From positions 11,206,290 through 11,270,289 of the forward strand of contig NC_068983.1 in NCBI RefSeq assembly GCF_001194135.2: 64,000 bases of DNA. The letters run 5' to 3'. Each line of letters opens with the position of its first letter. The first letter of the stretch is position 1. Below are positions 12,901 through 26,900 of this stretch, piece by piece. The position numbers and the translations under genes were made by a program. The stretch is from Octopus bimaculoides. Its lineage: Eukaryota. The notes under the pieces were generated by a model that saw only the letters and a list, made by a program, of their open reading frames with translations, was not told the origin of the DNA and did not search any database.

Positions 12901-15009
12901 TATCTTCTGGATTGTCTTACCTTGAACAGACATGCTGTAAGGTCTTGAAGAATCTTTATCCTTGTAGGGCACAAGGTAACATTACTGGTGCTAATGCCAC
13001 ACTGAAATACAGCCAGTGTACACTTTGTAATATGGATGGTGGTCAAACAAAGATAATGTAGGATCAAGAGGACTTTTTAGTCAGGTTGAGGACAGGACAA
13101 TCTCTCTAGTGTTAGTGCTATAATAAAATGTATCCAGTACACTCTGTACAGTGGTTAGTATTAGGAAAAACATTCAACTGTACAGACTTTGCTAAAAATG
13201 GAATGCACAAGTGAGATGTCGTCTTCCGATCCATCTAGAAGAGCAGTAACTCCAAATAAGAATTGACTCAGAATGTGATGTGCTGTCCAACTCGTGCCTG
13301 TATAGAAAGCAGACATAAAATGGATAATGACAATAACATAGAGTTAAGACTCGTTATTGCATATAACTTAATCTGTTATCATATATGAATGTTTTTACAT
13401 TTGATATTTTTTTTTATATTTATTTTCGCCTCTCTTTTAGCCAAGTACTCCTGTAACACAAACACCTGAAGAATATAAAACAGGTTACCTCCAAAGTTGG
13501 CTGTCATGGGCTGTTGGTTATTCAGAACCCTTGTCTCCTGATTGTTTAAGCAGTGAAATTGAAACTTCTGCTGAAGAATCCTTCGAGGATAGAGAAAATT
13601 TAGGTAATATTTTCTTTGAATCCTATTTATTTCTGACTGTATATTTCAAAAATCCATTTGTTTTTTTGATTAACAATTCGTTAATGGTCCTGTTTAGCCA
13701 GCCTCTTGTTTACTGTGTAATTAAGAAGTTTGCTTCCCAACTACATGCTTTCAGGTTCAGTCCCACTACATGCCACCTTGGGCCATATTGTCTCCTGCAA
13801 TAGTCCTGGTTGGTCAAAGCTTTTTAGCGGAGACCAAAAGAGACCCATTTCATGTGAGCGAGTGTGTTTCTTTGTCTTGGCCATGGGGGAAATATTACCT
13901 TGCTTAGAAACAGGTAGGTGATGGTGACAGGTGGGGAATTCAGCTGTAGAAAATCTGCATCCATAAACTTCATCTGACCCATGAAAGCATAGATCATAGA
14001 AAAGTGGAAATTATAACAATGTTGATTCCTTCAGATAAATCATCATTCCTTAACAGATCCACTTATGTAAATTGACTGGCAGCAAATATTAATTTCCCAC
14101 TGCTCTGCTTATGGTATGTGAAGATTATTTTGATCATGAGCTGAATGCCCTAACCACTAAGCCATGCGCCTTCACTTACCAATGTTACTTTATTGTTAAA
14201 ATCACTTTTGCTCTTGCCCACCATCATTGGGCATTGGAAATACCAGGAAATTCTGAATCATTCAAATTCATGTAATTATCAGATGTGACCATTTGGTTGA
14301 AAAGTTTGCTTCTCAATCATGTGGTCCCAGGTTCAGTCTTGCAGTGCAACCCATTGCGCAGGTGTTTTCTACTATAGTCCTAGGTTGACTAAAACCTTGT
14401 GAGTGGATTTAGCAGACAGATACTGAAAAAAGCTGGTTGTGTATATATATATGTGTGTGTGTGTGTGTGTGCATAAGTGTGTAGTTTATGTGTACTCTTG
14501 TCTTGACATCATGATGGTTGTAAACAAGCATCATCATCATCATCATCATACAAGCGATGCTGTTCATGTTCAGTCTTCTTTGAAAATATGTCTGGCCATG
14601 GGAAATATTACCTTGTTTGGAATCGGGCTATGGTTGGTGACAGGAAGGGCATCTAACCATAGAAAAATCTGCTTCAACATGTTCTGTCTGCAAACCTGGA
14701 AAGGTGGATGTTAGATGGTGATGATGATTATGTTAATATCAACTGTATTATAGGTGTCAATCGTAACTCTATAACCCAAATATATTTTATTTTCACAGAG
14801 CGAGAATTGATGGACATTGTGAACAAATCTATGGACAGCGATACATTTTACAAACGAGACAAAGTGTTTGCTACATTAAACTTTTGCTTAAAGAAAGGGT
14901 CAATGAAGCTGCTCACAAGTACTGAAAAAGGTTTGTTTTTGACAAAAAAATTACTTCTGTTCTAGCATTTAGATTGATTCAGTTAAAAATTTTACTAACA
15001 AAGTAGAAC

Positions 15010-15076
<67 letters not shown>

Positions 15077-17883
15077 ATTTTCTTATTATTGTCATACTTC
15101 TTTGTTACAGACAGCACTATTCGGGAGATGCTGGTTGCAGAGTGCAATGATATCAACATTAATGTTGAAGCGCGGCCTCAAGTTGGTGCTTACAAATTTT
15201 GCCTAAGCTTAGGAATTTTTGAGCTGCAAGACAGACTTATTAAAGAATCTTGTTTCCCAAGTCTTATTGTTCCAAATCCAAAGGTAAAGTCTTGACTTAA
15301 ACGTAATTATTCTTGTCTCTATTAAACATTTTACTCCAATAGTTATTAACTGTACTCATGTGAATTGTTGTGTTTGCTTTACATGTTTAAAATAATAATG
15401 TAATTTTTATATTGTAATACTAATAATTTATAGAAATGACCAAACAGCCCCTCAGTTTTTGAGTCTGAATCCACAGCAGGCTTTGGTGTATTCAGACAAT
15501 ACTATTAATTTTATGCACTTTAGATTACTCGCATAATCAGTACTAAATTTATTAGGAATGTCATCAGTGGTAGACTGGTATCTTATCAAAAGAGAGGTTT
15601 AATTTATTTTTCCATTAAATATCATCAAATTGGATTCAAGTGCTGTTCCTCTTGAATTCTTCATGGTTTTGGTAATTTTTAACAGATAACTTTAGTTAAT
15701 AAAGCTGAAAAAGTTTTCTTAACTATTCAACCATACTTGGACCCATTAATGAACATACTGTAGTGCTGGTAACAATATGAGCCATAGGACTTTTGACAAG
15801 TTGTCCAACTGAAATACGCTGGTGCCATGTAAAAAGCATCTGTGCTGGTGCCACATAAAAAACCCCAGAATACGCTGAAAAGTGGTTGGTGTTAAGAAGG
15901 GCATCCAGCCATAGATACCATGCCAAAACGGACAATTGGAGCCAGCTGTAGCTCTCTGGCTTGTTATCTCCTCAAACCATTCAACCCATGCCAGCATGGA
16001 AAGCAGATGTTAAATGATGATGATGATAATGATTAAAGTATGCCGATAAACATGAACAAAATGACTGAGGGTTTTACATATTTGATTTTGAATTTCATTT
16101 CAGGAAATTTCATACACATTCCGTAGAATGCGTTTTGGTAAACCTCTTGCCAAAACTACAACAATCCAAGAAGTACCAGTGTCTGAATCAGGCGTTGATC
16201 CTTGTGAGAAAATATTTGAAGTGACTTTTGAGAAATCAGAGTCAAACAGTAATAAAAAGTACAAGTGAGTGGATTACATTTCTTTTGTGCCCATGGAAGT
16301 TCTTTTAATTAATATCTATGTAATCAAATGATTGGTTAAATATATTTGTAGAGTATTTTATGATCAATAGGTAATCAACCTCATTATCCCTCACTTCTGA
16401 ATGTGACAACGTGTTTCTAGTTAATCTTATGGTTGCATTTACAAGAAAAATTGAACTCAATACTGCAAGTTAATAAAACATCTGCCAATTTTACAATACA
16501 TATTTGAGTGAGGTTGTATAATGTATACAGCTACTCAACCTGCTGGAAATGTTAACCAAATCTCCATAAAATCACATCCTACCATCTTAAAAACCAAAAA
16601 GAAGAAAAAGGACACAGAGGACATTGTAGTTTCTGGTACAAAGTTTTCTTGGCTAAAACACATTTGATTGTAGCTCTGTTTATTCATGGTGTACCGGGAG
16701 ATAAACAACACCAGTATTTGTGTTTTCTCTGAAACAAAAAAAAACAAAAACAAGATGGTCACAGATAGAATGCCTTTGCTCATGGGTTTGCTTGGTCAGT
16801 GCTGAACTGGGTCTAACCAGCAACAATGACCATCATCATACTACTGATGTTCTTAGCAGTGTAACGTTACTACTCTACGGTGCTGGTTTGCAGCTTGGTC
16901 TCTAACTTGGACTAACAGTATAGTGACAGAAACAGAATATAAGGTGGCGAACTGGCAGAAACGTTAGCATGCCGGGCGAAATGCTGAGCAGTATTTCGTC
17001 TACCGTTACGTTCTGAGTTCAAATTCCGCCGAGGTCGACTTTGCCTTTCATCCTTTCGGGGTCGATAAATTAAGTACCAGTTACGCCCTGGGTTCGATGT
17101 AATCGACTTAATCCCTTTGTCTGTCCTTGTTTGTCCCCTCTATGTTTAGCTCCTTGTGGGCAATAAAGAAATAAGAAACAGAATATTACTTAAAAAAAAA
17201 AATGAAGTAAATATAATAATGTTATTGTGAAGATTGTTGTTCTCTTCGTGAATGTTTTTTTCTCTGTTTCCAGAATCTATGTGAAAACCAAATCAATAGC
17301 CATTGTCTGTAACCCTTATACAGTAAAAGANNNNNNNNNNNNNNNNNNNNNNNNNNNNNNNNNNNNNNNNNNNNNNNNNNNNNNNNNNNNNNNNNNNNNN
17401 NNNNNNNNNNNNNNNNNNNNNNNNNNNNNNNNNNNNNNNNNNNNNNNNNNNNNNNNNNNNNNNNNNNNNNNNNNNNNNNNNNNNNNNNNNNNNNNNNNNN
17501 NNNNNNNNNNNNNNNNNNNNNNNNNNNNNNNNNNNNNNNNNNNNNNNNNNNNNNNNNNNNNNNNNNNNNNNNNNNNNNNNNNNNNNNNNNNNNNNNNNNN
17601 NNNNNNNNNNNNNNNNNNNNNNNNNNNNNNNNNNNNNNNNNNNNNNNNNNNNNNNNNNNNNNNNNNNNNNNNNNNNNNNNNNNNNNNNNNNNNNNNNNNN
17701 NNNNNNNNNNNNNNNNNNNNNNNNNNNNNNNNNNNNNNNNNNNNNNNNNNNNNNNNNNNNNNNNNNNNNNNNNNNNNNNNNNNNNNNNNNNNNNNNNNNN
17801 NNNNNNNNNNNNNNNNNNNNNNNNNNNNNNNNNNNNNNNNNNNNNNNNNNNNNNNNNNNNNNNNNNNNNNNNNNNNNNNNNNN

Positions 17884-17920
<37 letters not shown>

Positions 17921-20900
17921 CATATATACGACGGGCTTCTTTCAGTTTCCGTCTACCAAATCCACTCACAAGGCTTTGGTCGGTCCGAGGCTATAGTAGA
18001 AGACACTTGTCCAAGGTGCCATGCTGTGGGACTGAACCCGGAACCGTGTGGTTGGTAAGCAAGTTACTTACCACACAGCCGCTCCTGCTCCACAAAGCTA
18101 ATGTAAAAATACAATTGTCTCCTCACTCACTTTGACTGTTGTGATTTTACATTTTGAGTGATTTCAAATGATTTGATCTCTGAATAAGAATTTGATTTTA
18201 TTTTTAGATGCTGCATATAAACGATACCAAAATCTAAAATTCCATACAAAAACTGAATTGCAAAACAGATGGCGGGAGCTTCTACAAGGAAAGAAAGTAC
18301 CTGTACGTAAAACCATATTTTTTTTTTAATCAGTGAACTTCTTTTCCTATTGTGTGTTGTTTGTATGAGAACATGTGTAAGAGAGGCATGTAACATGAAA
18401 TATGTAAATGGCTCTGAAGATTCAAGGGAGAAGCCTGTAAGGGTCAGTACTTGCTTCTGATGCTAAGTGGATGCATATGTATGATAATATCATTAATTGA
18501 TGTTTTATAGGTTTTTAGTGATATTAAGTTTGTTTCATCATTGTTAAAGTTTTATCCTTTCTTCATTTATATCCATTTGGTTTATTATTTTCCTCATTGC
18601 AGCAACAAAATCGAATTGAAATAAAATTGGACATAGCAGCCCCTAAAATTATTGTCCCTGAATCATTCTTTGATCAGAATACAACTTTAGTGGTTTTTGA
18701 CTTGGGTTATCTCAGTTTTCAGAATGCTACAACTGGTAGCATAGCAGAGAAAAGTCCCCAGTTTGAAGATCAAGATGGTATGTATTTATATTAAAAACTA
18801 TTTTTTATTTCTACTGATAAAAAAAAATGTGTAATTATTTGTAGATTATTTGCAAACTCTATGAGTAGCCATATATTATGAACAAAGTTTGTTCCTGATT
18901 ACATTAAATTTCCTTCGCTCTAAATGTTAGTCTTTGTTTTTCCCTTTTATCAGAGGAATTCTTAACTCCATCACAGTCTCCTCCCAATGAGCTTGAGTTG
19001 AGCGAAGAAGTCGTTAGCTGTAGCCCACAGCCACAGCAACTACCACAGCCAACAGCTGAAAGTATGAACGAAAGTTTCTATGAAAGGTAGGTCACAACAT
19101 TCTCAATACTTCCAACATTTCACATGCTTAGAGTGGCTTGCAAAGCTTTGCTCATTGTTATGATAAACTATTTCAAAGTAATATTGGGATGAGGTGGTGA
19201 AGCATGACCTTTGAACATTAGGCTTCACCGAGGCAATGACTCGTGACCGAGGCCTTTGAAGATACGCTTTTGGTGCAAGGTGGCACCGACCACTTGAAAA
19301 CGCTGGACGTTTAGGTGAGGTTATGATCCATGCATCGAGGGGTTAGCAGCCAATCCCGTAGACGGATGGATTCACCCCCTGGACGCGTGGTCTCGACTAT
19401 GAAAGTCAGGGCCCTGCTTGCTCCTTCGCTTGGTTGCTTGAAGTCTTGCAGAAAATTGGTGGTGGCGCTGCCCACTATAAAAACCAGAGCATCCCAATGA
19501 GCGCGAGGTCGTTACCAGTGCCACTGGACTGGCTCCTGTCCAGGTGGCACGTAAAAAACACCATTTGAGCGTGGCCGTTGCCAGTACCACCTGACTGGCC
19601 TTCGTGCGGGTGGCATGTAAAAGCACCCACTACACTCTCGGAGTGGTTGGCATTAGGAAGGGCATCCAGTGTAGAAACTCTGCCAAATCAGATTGGAGCC
19701 TGGTGTAGCCATCTGGTTCACCAGTCTTCAGTCAAATCGTCCAACCCATGCTAGCATGGAAAGCAGGCGTTAAACGATGATGATGATGATTGGTTTCAAA
19801 TTTTGGCAAAGGTCAGCAATTTCAGGAAAGGAGATAAGTCAATTACATGAATCCCCAGTTCTCAACTGCTACTTATTTTATTGACCCCAAAAGATGAAAG
19901 GCAAAGTCAACCTTGGCAGAATTTGAACTCGGAATGTAAAGACAGATGAAATGCCACTAAGCATTGTCTCCAGCATGCCAATGATTCTTCCAGCTCTCCA
20001 CCTCATTTCATAGTAATATTGCTTGAAATGTTCTGCAATTGACCACACATTTTCTTCCTTGTGACTCTCTTCAATGACTGCACCTCTATCAAATATAATC
20101 CAAAAGCAAACATTCTCTTTAAAAATAGTTAAAGGAACTTATCAAATGTTATTGCCAGAAATGTAAAATATTAATAAAAGCAAATTCAAAGAAAGACACA
20201 ACATAGAATAGTTGCAGCTGGAGCACTTTTGATCATAGTTTTGCTTAGTCAGATTTGACTTGGTACCAAGCAATAATGTAGTTTTATTACTGAAAAATCT
20301 TCATACCAGTGTTGTCTTATAATCTTACTTTCTTTCCATTGTTATTTTAATGAACTCTATTCTGAAGAGCAACTTTGACAGCTGCAGCTCATTCCCGCTT
20401 GAAATCATCTGGTCTACTTCTTTCCTTGCTTATTCCCAGTTGTATTAATTTTGATTGCTTAAACCCCATAATAGACTTTTATTAAATCATTTTATTCCCT
20501 GCATTCCTCTTTCAATGTGTATGTTATTTCTGTTGTGTATCTTAATACATAGATATCAGGTAATTTTGGAAGATTTACAAGTGTTAGTTGGCCAGACTCA
20601 TGACAACTGGAAAGCTGCCCATTCTCGAGGTAACACCCGTATCCACTTGCTAGACAAGTTCAGCATTGAGGTACTTTTTGAAAGGTAAGCCTCTCGATTT
20701 CAAATAATAAAAAAAAAAAATTTTAGAAAACAAGAGATATATTTATAGATGTGAGAGTAATTTCTTATTTGAAAATCAATCACTACAAATAATTTATTTT
20801 TACTTGAGATCCAGTTTTTCTAATGTTTTCCAATTTTAGTGGATATTAACAAAATTTTATAGCCCATAAAAGATGTTTTAATAGTTCATAAAAATATATT

Positions 20901-23900
20901 TAACTAAAGTGATTTCAGTAGAAATGAAGTCTATGTTGCATCTTGGGAGGGTCATTATGTGAATAATAAATACATGTACTAGTTCTATTTCACTTTTATT
21001 ATCATTATTAATCAATTACAGAGATGTACTTGCATAGCAAGTGACTTGATCTGAGATTGTATGCTGAAACAAAAACAATTGCAGCATGAAAGATGTTTGT
21101 AAACCACTCAAGAACATGATGCAGCTCAAAGTTTTGTCAGTGAACAAGTCGTGGTTTCAAAGCGATGAAAATATTTTGACAGAAATAAAATCTAAATGTT
21201 GAAGTGAAACTAACAGTTTTTGTGTGTTCTTAGATGGCTTACAAACATCTTCCGTGCTGCAATTGTATTTAGTCAATTAGTTGACTATTTAACAGGTTAA
21301 CTAGTCAGTTATTTGATTAATCATTCTGTCAGCTAGGTTTGTCAGAGTTCTTTCATCACGACCTCATCAGTGACATACCTGCTCTATTTCAGGTCTGCTC
21401 TAGATTTGTCTGTCTCCTAGTTTACAGATTCTATATTTCTATTTATGGGGATATGAGTGAAGATGTCTGTGTGTGTGTGCATGAAAGAGAGAGAGAGAGA
21501 GAATGTATGTGTGAGTGTGCTGGTGTATGTACATGTACACCTTTGGCATGATGTAGATTTTGTAAATGAGATAATGTGTGTGTTTGTGCTTACATGTGTT
21601 TGTTGGTGTATGTGTACAGTTTGAATTTTGCCAGTACTGCCTGACTGGCCCTTGTGCCGGTGGCATGTAAAAGCACCCACTACACTCTCGGAGTGGTTGG
21701 CATTAGGAAGGGCATCCAGCTGTAGAAACTCTGCCAGATCAGATTGGAGCCTGGTGCAGCCTTCTGGCTTGCCAGTCGTCAGTCAAATTGTCCAACCCAT
21801 GCTAGCATGGAAAGCAGACGTTAAACGATGATGATGTGAGTGGTTAAACATTTATTTATCTATTTATTTTACTCTCAGTGTCTTTGTGAATGAACTGCAT
21901 GTGTAGAGGGTATATCTGTGTGTTTGCATGTGTGCATGACCATTCAAGTCTATTTATTTTGGGGATGACACAGATCAAATTTCAGTTTTATAGCTTTCTT
22001 CATCTCTTTTTCTCATAGCTCATCTCATAAATCATGAAAGAAAAAAATATATATGTATTATATTTTAAAAGAAGATTGTCTTTTTACAATAAGTATATAT
22101 ATATCTTTATATTTCAGACGTGTCATATTTACCACTGATCCAGAATGGCCCTCTGTTAGGCTCTCGGGAACTTTACCATCACTCACTATTCATGCAGACC
22201 AGAAAAAGGTACACACTTATGCTGGCATATCCTCATTGACAAATGTTATTTAAAGCAACAAACAAACTCCATATCCATACAGCCATTTATATATATATAT
22301 ATATAGGCGTGGCTATGTGGTAAGTACAGGTTTCTCAGGTGCTTTGTGAGGATATTGAAGAGCTGTGGACCTCTGAAGCCCAGGCTATTGCAGTATCTTG
22401 TCCTATATCTTGATGGCAAATTTGGAGTCTTTGGCACTATGCAGTGGCGCCCAGTTCTAGTATTTGTGTAACTTTCGATGCCAAAGCTTGGGACAAGTCC
22501 TTCGAGGATCTTCCGGATGTATATTATGGCATATCTTTCTTGCCTACGCTCTAAGGAATAGTCTTAATCTCTTGAGTCTTTCCCAATAGCTTATATGCTG
22601 CATAGAGGCTATCTTCTTCGTGTAGCTTTGTCGGATTGCCTCAAGTTCTGAGATTAATTTGACACTGGTTGGTGACCATAGCTGAGAGCAATAGTCAAAA
22701 TGGTGTAGGACAAGTGTCCTCCAGAAGATGATAATGTTAGGAGCCTTGATATTATCTGTTTTAAAGTTAACTCATTTTTGCAACAGTACAGGTTAAGTAT
22801 CAATGTCTATTTATATATATCTTCTTGTCTATCCGTTTGTCAGTGTGGTTTCTATTTTGTATTTTCTCTTATTCCTCTATGATTTTATACATTTTAGGTG
22901 AAAGCCTTGAGTACTTGTATGAATCAGCTGTCATCACTTCATAAAACACAAAAACCAAAATTGAAGTCTACAGTCAGTATTTACCAAAGTATGGACATGG
23001 ATGCAGCTGACCCGAATATTTCCAGTGCTTCGTATAGCAAGTATGATCAATATTGTTTTGTTTTAACTTCTAACTCACTTGGGCAGATGTCTTCCACTAT
23101 AGCTCTGGGTTGAACAAAGCCTTGTGAGTGGATTTGGTATAAAGAAACTGAAAGAAGCTTATATACATGTGTGTGTAGTGTCTTTTTGCCTTGACATCAT
23201 GTGATAGTTGTAAACTAGCATCAACATCATAGAACTAGTATCCATCATATCCAATCTTGTGTAAAAATATGTCCAATGATGGGGAATTATTACCTTACTT
23301 GGAAACAAGTGAGGGTTGGTAGCAGAAAAAGCATCCAGCTATTGAAAATCTACCCCAGTGAATTTTGTCTAACCTATGTGATATGGAAAAGAGGACATTA
23401 AAATGACGAAGATGACATATATATGTATGTTTGTTATTCATTTTACCATGCTGACATGAGCTGGATGGAGACTTATTTGAGGTAGAATTATGCAGCTAAA
23501 TGCTTTCGTGTTGCTAATTCTTACCATACAGTCATGAATGTACCTACATGTGTGTGTGTTTTGCTAATATATGTCAACTAATAATTAATCTTCTCAGAAT
23601 AGTCCTTTACAATACTTGTTCTGCATTGTTACAAATAATCTCTTGTCATTCTCACTATCAAAAATGCAGTGATTTAGTACCGTCTGTAATGGTGATTTAT
23701 TGATGACCAATGGTGTTTTTTACGTGCCATCTGCACAGGAGCCAGTCCAACGGCACTGGCAACAACCTCGCTCGAATGTTCTTTCACGTGCCAGTAAGGC
23801 GACACTGGTAACGATCACGCTCAAATGGTGCTTTTTACGTGCCACTGGCACGGAAGCCAGACAGCTGCTCTGGCAATGATCATGCTCGGATGGTGCTGGT

Positions 23901-26900
23901 TCAATTTCATTTAGTAAATAGATATACTGTCATCAATTAATTATATATACTTCATGCTCTTGTAAGAAGTGCTTTATGTCTCAGAAAGAAGTTAATGTTC
24001 AAATACTGCCAGGTCAAATTAATTTCTTCTTTTCACCAGCAGTAAGTATGAAAATAACAGCAGCAAAATAATGACAGTGATATTATTATCATCATCATCT
24101 TTGTTTAACATCCACTTTTCCATACTTGCATGGGTTAGACAAAATTTCTGTTGCCAACCCATATCTATTCTGAAGCAAGATATTTTCCCATTGTCAGGTG
24201 ATGTTTATTTACAACCATCATGTAATATCTAGAAATATCTAGGAAAGAGCGTGCACGCACACACACACTGGTCTTCTTTCAGTTTCCGCCTGTCGAAGCT
24301 TTGGTTGCCCTGGGGCTATAGTAGAAGACACTTTCCCAAGGTGTTGTGCAGTGGGACTGAACTCAAGACCACATGGTTGGGAAGCAAGCTTCTTAATCAG
24401 GTAATCTAACTTACATCTTGTAAAATTTTCTTCTCGTTTTTTTATTACAGTGTGCCACCTTCTGAAAAAGAGAAGCAACAGCAAAGCAAGATGATGGAAG
24501 CATCTGTTTTACTAGAAGCAGAGTTTTCTGTCAATAAATTATCACTGGAAATTAATAGCCGAGGTAATTATAATAATTTGTCTTTTATCTTCTGCTTATT
24601 TCAGTCATTAGACTGTGGTCATGGTGGGACACCACCTTGAAATGTTTTAATCAACAAATCACCCCCAGTACTTACTATTAAAAGAAATCATTACTATCAT
24701 TATTATTATTATTTTTTTTTTTTCAAAGTCTGGTATCTATTTTTTTTTTTGTCTCTTTTGCCGACCTGCTAAGTTACAGAGATATAATCTAACCAACACT
24801 GGTTATCAGATGGTGGTGTTTGACAAATATAGACACAATCACACACACATACACACACAATGGGTTTCAACACAGTTTCCATCCACGAAATTCACTATAG
24901 CAGAAGACACTTGGCTAAGGTGCTGCACAGTGGAACTGAACCCAAAACCCCGTGGTTGCAGAATGAACTTAACTATAGAGCCATGCCTGAATTTACTGCA
25001 TTTTTTTACCTTAAAAAATATGGTGCTAATTATTTCATTGGGTTAGTGATAGTTGTAATTTAAAATACACATGCGTTATTTTTTTTATATTCACTCATGT
25101 TTTAATGTTACTCTTTTTACAATTGCATATGATAACAATAATGACTTGTAACATGTGATTCAGGGTCACAAATTAGTGGGAAAGTGCACAACCAATTAAA
25201 TTTAGATCACTGTTGTTGGCACTCCGTCACTTACGAAGTCGAGGGTTCCAGTTGATCAGATCAGCGGAACAGCCTGCTCGTGAAATTAACGTGCAAGTGG
25301 CTGAGCACTCCACAGACACGTGTACCCTTAACGTAGTTCTCGGGGGATATTCAGTGTGACACAGTGTGACAAGGCTGACCCTTTGAATTACAGGCACAAC
25401 AGAAACAGGAAGAAAGAGTGAGAGAAAGTTGTGGTGAAAGAGTACAGCAGGGTTCGCCACCATCCCCTGCCGGAGCCTCGTGGAGCTTTAGGTGTTTTCG
25501 TTCAATAAACACTCACAACACCCGGTCTGGGAATTGAAACTGCGATCCTATGACCACGAGTCCGCTGCCCTAACCAAAACATGTGCTACAATTAAATACC
25601 TGAGTGTATATTATCCAGCACTTTACCACTTCTGCCATTTACCGTCTCCCTAGTAGTGATTTCTACCTTAGGCATAAGACTACAGATTTAAGGAAGAAAA
25701 AAATTAAATTGACCCTGATAGGTGATTGTCATTTATTTATATAACTCATAAATGATGAAATACAAAGTCAACCTGATAATGATCATGCATGTGTGTTTGT
25801 GTGTGTATGTAGCTGTTATGTGCTCTATTAAATTAGTCTCCAGTTCTGTATCATATTTAATGTAAACACATCATTGAAAGGTACATTTACTGCATTATTC
25901 CTATGGCAATGACATCTCTTATGGATATGTTGTCTCATGGACGCTCTAATTACTTTGTGCATCTAATGATTGCTCTCAATTGCATAAATAACCCCCATAT
26001 GTTATTGCTCACTTTTGTTATTTTTATTCAACAATAGTATATATTATTACTATTATTTTTTGTTTTATATGTGTAGAGCATTTAATAATAATATAAAATC
26101 AGGTGGCAAGCTGGTAGAGTCATTAGCATGCCAGGCAAAATGCTTAAGCAACATTTTGTCTGTCTTTATGTTCTAAGTTACTATTTTAAATATTTTCTTG
26201 TGCTTTTTTATTTCATTTCAAGGTCGACCTATTACTGAACTCCAAGTAGATCATGTCCAAGGGCGACTAGTGAAAAAATACAAGGAAATGACCACCACAC
26301 TTACAGTACATAGTTTACTGCTTGTTGATGGACTACAGACATTTGGCAAAGATTATGAATTGCTTGCAGCTTCTCACAAAAATTTGTCGTAAGTAATGCA
26401 GCCTTTTATTATAGAGGTTTGTCTACATACATCATTGTCATCTTCATCATCTTGCATCCATTTTTCCATATTTGTATAAGTTGCATATGTCTTCTCTAGC
26501 AGAACATCGCATTACTTGTTGTGTCCACTTGTCATCTCTTTCTTCTTGTTCAGCATCTCTGACTGTCTATCTGCTTCTCTTTCTATATATATTTACATTA
26601 AAAGCACTCACTACACTCTCCGAGTGGTTGGCATTAGGAAGGGCATCCAGCTGTAGAAACTCTGCCAGATCAGATTGGAGCCTGGTGTAGCCACCTGGTT
26701 CCCCAGTCCTCAGTCAAATCATCCAACCCATGCTAGCATGGAAAGCGGACGTTAAATGATGATGATGTACAGAATGAGATGATTGTATGTGACTGTTTGG
26801 GCACTGGTGATTTGGTATTACTGACTGGTCATTGAACCTGTTTTGGTGGCAGTACTTCTTCGCTCGGGAGGCAAACACACATACACAGAAATATACACAT

